DNA from: Oikopleura dioica
Lineage: Eukaryota > Animalia > Chordata
Direction: 5' to 3'
DNA: 64,000 bases
NCBI GenBank assembly: GCA_907165135.1
Contig: OU015569.1
Location: forward strand, 4,898,001-4,962,000
The notes below the pieces were generated by a model that saw only the letters and a program-made list of their open reading frames with translations, was not told the origin of the DNA and made no database searches. The position numbers and the translations under genes are program-made. Shown here piece after piece: positions 35,299-45,333 of the stretch (the first letter of the stretch is position 1; every line of letters begins with the position of its first letter).

Positions 35299-37289
35299 AC
35301 AGTCAATGTCCAATTTCATTGAACTCAAAACTGAAAAAAAAAGAAACACTATTAGCAGACTATTTGTCATTTTTTCTTCATAACTCTGAAAGTTCTCATA
35401 ATTTCGCCCTTTCCATTCTGAAAAACTACCAAACTACAAATGGACAAAAAAAATTATTCCGTGCAATATTATTCCTCGTCATTACTCGGTTCAACTTTCG
35501 ATTCAAGTCAATTACTCTTGTATCACTTTCAGAATGACTAAAAGAAATAAACGCCGATTTAGAAATGGGCTTATTTAACCCCTTCAAGGCTTTATTTCTT
35601 TTTCATCAAGGTTAGTCTTCTTCCGTGACATCATTTATCTTATCCGTTAAAGTTCTTTTCCTACAATTAGACGACCCTATTTCTAGGTAAATTTGATCTC
35701 ATATCATCGAAAAGTAGACAAATAATGAGAAATGAATGTCTAAAAAATAAGCTAAAAGGCAATTCCCGTCCATTAATTTGAAATAACATGGACCACAACA
35801 ATTTCCGTATTTAGGAAATCGTCGGTCAAGCCAGATGATCGGCACCGCCTAGTACATGTTTCCAGCACTGGCCGAGAATGCCACGCATTTCCGATTTCAG
35901 GGAATCTAACCAGCCACAAGCGCCCGTGTCACGCTAGAATTGTCCCTTCTCAAGCCGCTAAAAATCGTCGAGCTCCTTCTAAGTGGATGTGAAAAAAAGC
36001 TGGCGAGTAGTGCGGCAGAACGTCACGGTCATGTTATTAGCACGTTTTAAAACGACGCAGCTGCTTTTGCGTTATGTTCTCTATACAGGTACATTTAGAG
36101 AGCGTACTTGCCCTTCTGTAAGCACCCTTCTCAGTCTCTATTTCAACTTTAAACAAACGAGTTATTAACTTTCAAACTATTCCAAATGCAAATAAATTGC
36201 TTCTTTCAAATCTAAAAAAAAAACAGAATTTCAAAATTCTTCCGAAGAAACTTTGAAAATGTCGATGATTACACTGATGATGAGCAATTAGACAAGTGCC
36301 CGCAATCGCACTGGTCGCAGGATCGATTAAAAATGCATGTATCGTAATTATACTCCTAGCTAAATAATTATTACGAGACGAAAGACTGAACACCGTGTTT
36401 CCAGTTTGTTGGAGCTTTGTCATCGCACCCCGAAATAAACAGGCGAACAAGTATTCACACTCATTGATAATTATTATTACGCAGCTCTTAATTAGTTAAA
36501 ATGCAATTCCACGCGCACCTATCATCTGCAGGTTCATAAAGAACTGCGGTGTAATATTTAAAAATCATTTGAAATGGTTATGTTGCGAAGCCGCTTTTGA
36601 TTTAGGCTCTTTTGAACATGACTCAGGTTTTCTTCACAGGTTGCCGAGCCCCAACTTTGAATTTGCCTGTGATTGATAATGCCGCATTTTGTGTAAGAAT
36701 GCAAACAAGGCAACAGACTGAGCATAATTGGTTGAACGAGCTTATAATTGTTCAATTAGAATTGCCTGTTGTTATCACTTTGGGAAATATTATAATTGCT
36801 CTTTGTGGTAGCATTAAAATAAAAGTGGAAATTATCAAATAAACGAGTGTTTAGGTCAATTAAATGCAGCTCAGACCGTTTTCTTATTACGTGTAAATAA
36901 AAGACAAGCGAGGTAGGCTACTAGGCGAGTATTTAGACTGCTGTTTTTAGTCAAGCCCTGGACAATTAAAGAGAGGAAATTGAAAATCGTTCCACGACGT
37001 TTATAAGAGTCCGTGGTCATGTTTTGGCTATTGAGAGTAAATACCGGACTGCTGGAAAAATGCACAAAGCCAACAATTTGCTTGTTTCTTTTTCCAAACT
37101 ACCCATTAAATGGCGTTGGGCAACGGAATCAACACAAATATCCGCCGTGGACAAGTTAACGGTCAACCTCAAGCCATTGTCGTTTCTCTGCGAGTTCAGA
37201 TTGGTACGGCTCCAAATTCAAGCTATCGTTATTCATTTTGAACTCGAAAGAAAAGTCCTCTTTAAAAGCAGTCAATTTTAGCTTTTTTG

Positions 37290-37830
37290 AAAGTCTCTTT
37301 TACGAAAATTACGCGCGCAAGAATAGCTTCGAAAATATAATCCCAAATTACGGAGGATACGTTCCCCGAACGACGGCAACTGTAGGAATAAGCTCATTAA
37401 TTACAACAAGTTTCTCCTTAGTGATATTTTTGCTATACTAGTAGGTGGAATAGTGTGTTACATCATCTCTTATTAGTCTTTTTAAAACTGGCTTTTTTGG
37501 CAAAATATTTATTGAGCAACAACGCATTCGAAGATCTCCTTTCTGTTTTTTTTTTATTTTTGATTTTAATTAGATTTCAGAAGAATATAAAACAGGGAGA
37601 AATCGAATTGGGTAGAATCTAACGCACAGCTTCTTATTGAAAACGCACGTTATTCACGAAGGTAATGAGAAAAATATTCAGCCACGGGGAATTCGGACTG
37701 AAGAATTCCTTTGAAGATTCTACAGTGCGATTTGTACAAGTAATAGAACTGTATCTTAAGTGTCCTTTAGAAGAGAAAGAAGCGATGGTTCTTGAATTCC
37801 AGGATGTATTGCCGAGCGATTAAACACTGA
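37290..37830 (+). CDS. Probable small multi-exon gene with IPNYGGYVP motif (FAM166/CIMIP2-like ciliary microtubule inner protein?)
   Basis: Short open segments with phase-compatible GT-AG joins at about 37665-37681 and 37740-37770. PxYxGYVP resembles the repeat of microtubule inner proteins. Ends uncertain. Confidence 0.3.
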
Positions 37831-39756
37831 AAGTAGAAGTGACTATCCACCATTCTGTTTTCTCCCGTGGTCATTAGAGAGATGCCTTTATTTTCCTTTA
37901 CAAAAAGAAAGATTAGTGTTAGGATTAACCAACAACCCTAACCTCAACCCTTACTCATTTTTATGAAGCCCGACAGTGCAATTTTTACCTGTAGAAAAGT
38001 TTGAATCAGCATTCCAACAAAGACAGATCCCGTGTCAAAGCTTGAGAAGACTTCTTTTTTTCCGGGGATGGGAGATAGTTCCTCTTGAGTTTGCGGCAAT
38101 TCTTTTTACTTGTAGTAATTTGTCAAACTATAAAAATTGAATTTAAAGAAGGCGTTTAGGTTCATTTAGGAGCTACACACTTAGACTCGCAAAGAATAAT
38201 CTACCGTAGTTTTTTTTTAATACGGAGAGTTTCTTGGATGAAAGAAACGGGCGAAAATGAAATGTGTGATTAACCGCTGCTCGCGAAGGGTCAACGATCT
38301 ACTCCGAATATCTAAGTATCGTGTCTTTTGCAGGAACGGCCTCAATTTGAGCACGTTTTTGGCTGGCCATTACTTGCATTCAAAAACTAGTTACTTCCTC
38401 GTCAAAGGGAGCAGAATCATTATTTTTTCTTAAAAAATATTCATGAACTTTTAACTTTATTTTCAGAAGAGTCGAGAAATTATCAGTTTAGCTATGTCTT
38501 CTTCAGGTCCTAAGTTATAAATTTTCAAGAGAAACGAATTCGAAATAATCAAGAGCTAATAAGATGCCCGATCGGAGTGATGATAGAAATTGTATGTTGA
38601 GAACTTTCTCAACACAGTAGTAAATCGGGCATTCTATTTCGAATAGACTATTTGAAAGTTAATTTCGGATACTAATGCGCAACACTATCACAACGTGGCT
38701 GTCATAGTGCTCGAGTCAATTAATAATAACTGTTTTCATCCCTTTGCCTATCGAACGCGCGTATTTGGCTCTTCCCTCTTTGTTGGATTAGACTGTAAGC
38801 CACACAAAACGGAACTCAAAAGTTGTTTCATATCTTAGATCATAAGTTTGAAAATCAATTTTGCCCGATTTCTGCCGAAAAAGAATAATATTAAAAAGAA
38901 TAGAAGTGAAAGTATGTTAGAAGGCTGTAGCAGATTCTAATCCTTAGCGATTATGTTGGCGATGAGGAAGATTATGGTCACCAGGGCGGAAATCGACTGA
39001 ATAGAGTGGAGCCCTCGTTCAATCTGCGGTGAGCGGCAGCACGGCCCGTTGTATATTCCCAGAAGAAGAATAAAACTTGCAAAAGCTGATTTTAGAAAAC
39101 TCACTAGGATTCAAGCGGCCGCGGCGCTACTTGTTAACGTGGTTCGTTATCGATGCTTGATTTGATTATCTGATGAGTTGGGTAAAAAGATCTCCTACTG
39201 TGAGGCAAAGTACAGCGACCTCAGTTGGTGGAAATTTTCATTATAACGGGCTCGGTGTTTCTTCCCCTACTCATTCTTCTTTTCAAAATGAAACTTCATC
39301 TTCAATGGCTCTTTCATTCGTTCAGACGCGAATATGAAGTCAGAAATTTAATCTGTTACTGATTAAATAAAATTATATACAAAATAAATCTAGTTGGACT
39401 AGTATGTTCGAATTAAAAAGTTCGCGAGCTGTTTATAGCGCGCAGCACAAAACATATCTATCTAGCAAAAGTCTTATATAAATCGCATTGTGGGTGAAAA
39501 TATTGAAGTCAACTTTAACCCGTGAATTGCAAAAAGCAGGGAGTATGGGACTTCGTCATTTTATAACGAAATAAGACCGCTTGGAGTTTGGAATGAAAAC
39601 TAAGTCTAGATGGAAATGTTGGCAAAATCGACTCCGCCCGATCGACCAGGAGCCCTTATCTAATTAAGGGTGACTCATAATCCGCCCTTAAAAACTGTCA
39701 TTTCTGTCATTCTTAAAATTCTTCTAAAAGAAAAAGAAAAGATATCAATTCCAAGC

Positions 39757-39939
39757 ATGTGCCAGAGCGCTGCCTGTTTCCGCGAAATTCATCTGTCAAT
39801 TATGGAAGCCGAAGTCAACGAGAAAGAGTTCCACTTATGCGAGGCCATTCCACAGCTCATCAGATATCGTCAAACCGCGTGCTATTTTGATCATGACATT
39901 CTGCTTAGTGAAGCACGTGATGCTTACATGCCGACAGTA
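39757..39939 (+). CDS. Possible coding exon of an unknown gene (MCQSAACFREIHLSIMEAE...)
   Basis: Coding-like frame ending at a gtaatt donor. A second coding-like segment (SGECYECVNSDCQW) lies near 40330-40440. Confidence 0.3.
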
Positions 39940-40756
39940 ATTATGCCATTTTCAATTTTAAATTTTCAAAACAGCTAATCAGCATTTGAGCGGTTCATTA
40001 TTAGGGTGATTTTATGATTTCATTAATAATCACTAATTAGTCTAAATTTGCGATTAATATTAAACTTGAGAATGTTAATCGCTCCTTTGGAATGATAGTA
40101 CCTTGCTACTATCATTATGTGGAGCTCAAATTAACTAGCAAGACAAAATCGTAATTCGAAGTCTAATAAATTATCACTAATAATACACTTCCTTTGTAGG
40201 TCGAGCTAGCGAGAAATAATGGTATTGACAAGAAAAATATTGAATTGGTTGATCAGAAGGAGTTTTGAAAATAAGCGACACGACAGATCAAAATTTCCGT
40301 CAATGATTTGAGTTGATTAACCTATCAGCCACTTCTTTGACGCAAAAAAAGCGCTGCCGAGTGCGATTTCCGGCGAATGTTACGAGTGCGTAAATTCAGA
40401 CTGTCAGTGGCTGACGCAATTAAAAGGAGAAAGTTCAGCTCTCGGCCCTTGATGCGAATAAAACGATCTTTCGAAACGGGCTTTTCCACACATTTTTTTC
40501 GTTCACAGTTTCCATTTTGCGCCCTCGACCTCGGCCTGGCAGGTGAACGTGCGTAATTACAAAGTAAAAAAGTCCCTTTCCTGCGAGTAGAATAATCCAA
40601 CCGTCCAGCCGCTCGTGAAGATTTCCGCCGTACTGTGTTTCTCCACTAGCAACCTTTTTTTTCAGTTGACAAAAGTGCTAATACGAGTGTCAATTGTCAA
40701 AAACGCAGAGCAGAAAGTTTGAAATTTTAAGGAATTGAATACTCTTTTTCTGAAAA

Positions 40757-41415
40757 ATGTTGAAGTTGAGAGAGTCAAAAGAAGACAAAGAAGCTAGAAT
40801 GAAGAGCGAAATCGACAAAATGAATCGCGAAATAGCTCAATTGAAGATGCACAATGATTTGAAAGCATCCGGCCTGGAAAAGTATAAAAAAGGAATCGAC
40901 AGAATGCACGGTGTTTTGGCTGAACATGATCAGGAAAAGAGCTAAATTTCTTTCCTCGAATTTCTGGCTCTAAAAAAAAAGCTATTCAAATGAAAACTCA
41001 AAAGAAGGAAAAAAAGCTCTTACTAAAGGAATATCAAATTCTTGAGCAGCACATAGACAAAGCTGCCGACAAAGGGGGCGAAAAACTCGGTGCAAACTCG
41101 TCAAAGTCGATTCTAGCGCCAGAAGTAGTGCGCTATCCGAGAGTGAAAGAAGACGAGCCAAAGACAAAAATCAAGCTTCGACTTGTCAGTGGCGAAACTA
41201 AGGTGCTAGAAGTGAACACAGCGGATAAAGTCGAAATCGTCAGGAAATTTATGGCTCAATTTTGTGCAGGGGAGTTTTTGATGATGTCAGGAAATGGATT
41301 GTACGCTTTCGTTTTTTTAATGGTTCGTTCTTAATCTGGATCGGGACTAGCATCTGCTGATATCCCGCTGAAACGGTCACTCTTGCGTGCCCTCATGCGA
41401 CAAGTAGTCATATAA
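40757..41415 (+). CDS. Coiled-coil plus UBX-like domain protein
   Basis: PKTKIKLRLVSGETKVLEVNTADKVEIVRKF resembles the p47/UBXN2 UBX beta-grasp. A GA-AG intron at 41291-41350 gives a C-terminus IPLKRSLLRALMRQVVI*. Confidence 0.65.
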
Positions 41416-41729
41416 AAGCGCAGGAAATTTAAGTTTCACAAAAAATATTCGGAATAAAATGTAGCTTTTATATTTTCATTTTCTCATTCTTCAATATCAA
41501 ACTAAAATAAAAACTAAGCAAACTCTGGACTAAAAATTTCATGAGAGAATGAATTGAAAATAGTGGAATTAGAAAGCAATTAAGTTCGTATTTATACAAT
41601 CCATTTAATCAGGCTTCCCGATGCGCCCGCTGGATGCCTCTCAAACCATTTCTGAAGCGAGGCTAATTAACGGAAGCGTTGTCCAAAAACTTCAATAATA
41701 AAAGTTGTGTTTCGACTGCAAACGAGCAT

Positions 41730-41863
41730 CTAACGTAGCGCTGTTTTTGACTCAACAATTGCTTTCGATTTCAACTGCTCCCTGTAGTCCAGAAAGATGC
41801 CGACCATCCACATCAGTACATACAGTGTGGCGATGCTCTGTCCAAGCATCAGCAGAATAAAGT
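41730..41863 (-). CDS. Orphan terminal exon encoding a transmembrane helix
   Basis: Pyrimidine-rich acceptor ctttcag followed by an open frame (D)FILLMLGQSIATLYVLMWMVGIFLDYREQLKSKAIVESKTALR*. Upstream exons not identified. Confidence 0.45.
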
Positions 41864-42632
41864 CTGAAAGAAAAGAATTCTTCTTTATTTTCTTAGTTTT
41901 TTTATAATAATAAGCGTTTTTTTTCTAAAAAAACGGATGTCATTAATAAATGGGTTCCTTTATGAAGTCCCCATCAAAAGTGATTTCTGATGAATATATG
42001 GAGACATCCTAGGCAAAGTTTCCTCCTAAATCTGTACCCTCTATTTTTATTATAATTTATAGAATATCTAACTTACAGAGTGAATATTTGCATTCTTCTC
42101 TAAGCGTCATCCTTTCAAAAACTTCCGATATTGCCTCGAAAATAAGAAAAAAAAGAAAGTCCTAAATTCTATAATCTCATGATGCACAAAAGCAAATATA
42201 ACCTCTATAAAATGGGAATAGCTCAAATATAAAAATCGCCCAGTCCTAGTTTCTTCGTAGGCAGTCCCTAGCGATACCGTTTTGAAGAAGAGGATGCGTC
42301 TTCTATAAAAAGACGGAAAAGTTCATTAGAAATAAATAAAACTCGTGTGCTCTTTATTTTGCAGTATATTTGGGATTGAAACACCCCGAGAGCTCGCGGA
42401 ATATTTAATTTTATTTTTGAAAACGTAATCTCCCATTTGCGCCCAAAACATTAAAGACGGAAAAAGGGGGATACCGCTGTTTTCGGATGCTGAGTGATAT
42501 TTATTTTTAACTTCGTAAGAGAAGACTGGACAGTAAAGCCCGCCATATCCGCCCGGTACCGCCTTAATCATTTACAGTAGAATCTCTGTACGCGAAATTG
42601 CGAAATTAATTTGGTGAAAGCTCGCGGCTGGG

Positions 42633-42731
42633 CTTGGCAACCTGTGAAGTAAACCTGAGTCAGGTTTCGAAAGATCCAGTGGCTTTTGATCTTTCAGACC
42701 CTGCCTCAAGTTTTCTACATGGCTTGCCGAG
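42633..42731. repeat. Short member of a dispersed TIR family (CTCGGCAACCTGTG...CTGAGTCAGG)
   Basis: Inverted pair 42633-42664 / 42699-42731. The same ~32-bp motif is at 36619, 43238, 44241, 45237, 63031, 63792 and 63940. Confidence 0.7.
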
Positions 42732-42766
42732 CTGAGTCCTAGAGAGACTTTGTTATTTAACGAAAT

Positions 42767-43225
42767 AAGTCGATTGTTTTCGACTTTTTCCAAGAAATGG
42801 AAAAAATTCTCTAGAACTTTTGTTGATATCAGGGCTGAAGAGCTCATTCAATCAGATTCGAGTCCGAACTTTTTCGGTCCGCAAAAGATCCAAAAAAAGT
42901 AAGTTTCAATACTCTTATAATCGCAGTGCCTGTAATTCTGCTTTTAGTCGTCGAAGAATCTTCAATACCAGAAAGAATCGGAAAGCCCGATTCTTCTGTC
43001 GGATCTACTGAGCTTCTGAAACACTTCTGACCAGCCAGCAACTTCGGAAAACGAAGTCGTCCACGAACTGTTCTCCAAGCCTGAATAAAATCAATTTTAA
43101 CTAAATTTTAATAAATGTGTCGTTTACTTGAGAAACATGCGGTCGTTTTGAGTGCTAGAAGTAGCTTTAGAATTAAGTAGTGAGGCGTGACGTAGATGGG
43201 AAAGTATCGGGGGTGTCTGTAGTCT
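42767..43225. repeat. Left arm of a long inverted repeat
   Basis: Reverse complement of 44270-44743; the ORF track shows near-identical 65-aa frames at 42844-43041(-) and 44469-44666(+). Confidence 0.85.
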
Positions 43226-43611
43226 TGGCCCGTTTTTCTTAGGTTTTCTACACAGGTTGTCGGGTTTTCATGGCTTTTGAGGTTACTTCAGATTTTTCAA
43301 AAAATAGCAAGGTCGTCTAGACAATGTTTCTTGAGCTCATCTGTTGTTGTGAGGGCGTTATTTGCATTTCTTTGCTCACTCTCCGAAAATAATGAACTCT
43401 CAAAAATCAGCACGAATAAAATGAATTTTAATCCCATCCTTTGCGATGCTTCAGGTTCGCTGAGGCTGAGCTTGAGCTGAAGCAACCTACATAATGTAGA
43501 AAATCTAAGTCGTGGTTAGAAAGATCTTCGATCGAAGTTAAGAGCGTTACTCAGGGTTAGGGCTACACGTGGGTTACTTCCAGCCCTTTTTTTGGTGTTT
43601 TTTGAGTTCGG

Positions 43612-43774
43612 AAGGGGTTCGCGCGAACGCAGAACCCCACTATCAGAAATTGTGACGGACACTCCACCGATTTGGCAAAGAGATACAGGTCAGCCGCGCC
43701 GGTGTGCAATGGTACGGCCTCGCCATAAGGGAACCCCCTACTTGATCGAGGTTACCCTCCGCCCAGGTAAGTAT
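43612..43774 (-). ncRNA. RNU1: U1 snRNA
   Basis: Reverse strand reads AUACUUACCUG; SL1 loop GAUCAAGUAG; SL2 loop AUUGCACACC; Sm site AAUUUCUG; SL4 GGGGUUCUGCG-UUCG-CGCGAACCCC. About 163 nt, with helix H (GGCGG/CCGUC) intact. Confidence 0.95.
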
Positions 43775-44078
43775 GCGTTGCTCGGGGCGCGCTGAATATC
43801 GGTACTCGACGGGCCAACGCGCGCTTATGGTTTCTACATGGGGCGCTTCAGCCAATCAAATCGATCACACTCCAGCTGGGGAGATGAAATAAGTTATTTC
43901 AAATAACGAAGTTGCTCATTAACATTTACTAGAAATGGTAAGGTTGTAATTTGTCTTTTAATCGTGAACGAGCAAGTATCGTAGTCAACGATTAGCGATA
44001 AGCAAGGATTACTCTAGAATTTAAGAAAAAAAAACGCATTTACGTTCTACTTCTATTCTTGCAAAAAACCAAAAGATT

Positions 44079-44160
44079 CGCTGCGAACAGGATTCGAACC
44101 TGCGCGGGGAGACCCCAAGAGATTTCTAATCTCTCGCCTTAACCACTCGGCCATCGCAGC
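44079..44160 (-). tRNA. tRNA-Ser(AGA)
   Basis: GCTGCGA/TCGCAGC acceptor stem; D-loop TGGCCGAGTGG; AGAGA-TT-AGA-AA-TCTCT anticodon arm; long variable arm; GGTTCGAATCC; discriminator G; oligo-T terminator downstream. Confidence 0.96.
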
Positions 44161-44269
44161 TTGGAAGCAACCCCCGAAATTGCAAATATAATCTACCGGT
44201 TGTTGGGCACTAGAAAGAACTGAAACTGAAAAGACTACAGCAAGTTTTATACACAGGTTGCCGAGGCTT

Positions 44270-44743
44270 AGACTACAGACACCTCAGATACTTCCCCGCC
44301 GACGCCTCATTGATCAATTCTAAAGCTAAATCTAGGCTACTACTTGAAGTTCTAGCACTAAAATCGACCGCAAGTTTCTCAAATAAACGACACATTCAGT
44401 TAAATTCGATTAAGATTGATTTTATTCAGGCTTGAAGAACAGTTCGTTTACGACTTCGTTTTTCGAAGTTGCTGGCTGGTCAGAAGTGTTTCAGAAGCTC
44501 AGTAGATCCGACAGAAGAATCGGGCTTTCCGATTCTTTCTGGTATTGAAGATTCTTCGACGACTAAAAGTAGAATTACACCCACTGCGATTATAAGAGTA
44601 TTGAAACTTACTTTTTTTGGATCTTTCGCGGACCGGAAAAGTTCGGACTCGAATCTGGTTGAATGAGCTCTTCAACCCCTGATATCAACAAAAGTTCTAG
44701 AGAATTTTTCCATTCCTTGGAAAAAGTCGAAAACAATCGACTT
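44270..44743. repeat. Right arm of the long inverted repeat
   Basis: Reverse complement of 42767-43225, with substitutions and short indels. Confidence 0.85.
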
Positions 44744-45333
44744 TTCTTGATTCGAAACGAGAATCGAGAAATCTTTCTTTTGATAAAAATGGGTTACCTG
44801 AAGAAATGGTTCATTCTAAATTCTAAGTCTAAATTCTGTCTAAGTTTTGGAAGGGGAAACAAAGTCAGGCCGGTGTCAGACTCGACCCCGGCCTCGTGAA
44901 TGCATTCGCAGTCGGCGAGAACTTCTAACGCACTTATCACATTACAACGTGCAGAATTCTTCGATTTTCAAACTTCAAACTTTGAAGAATACTTTTTCTT
45001 CGATTACAAATTTCTAATGGAAAGCGGCTTAGCGAATTATGATGTGGCCCGTTTATGCTCTCGACCGCTGCGATCTAATATCATGCCTCTTGAAAAATTA
45101 ACGCCGTCATCACGTTTTTCGCGATCTTGACTTGTTTACTTCTTGAATATACTAACTGTTATCCCTGTATTACAGGAATGAACCGAGTCTGATGAAAATT
45201 TGCCTTTCACCTTCAGTATAATCATAACCTTCTAGGCTCGGCAACCTGTGTTGCAAACCTGAGTCAGGGCTCTGAAAAAACTCTCAAGAAAAATAATGAA
45301 GGAAATCTAAATATAAAAAGTTATATTTCAGTT

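Noticed and set aside
42844-44666. Twin 65-aa ORFs (MLAGQKCF...) as protein genes
   Set aside because: Non-ATG starts and no recognised motif; explained by the inverted repeat.
42829-44681. CAGGG(G/C)TGAA inside the long arms as hAT termini like the POLE2 element
   Set aside because: The inverted similarity runs ~60 bp further out and there is no 8-bp direct duplication at those positions.
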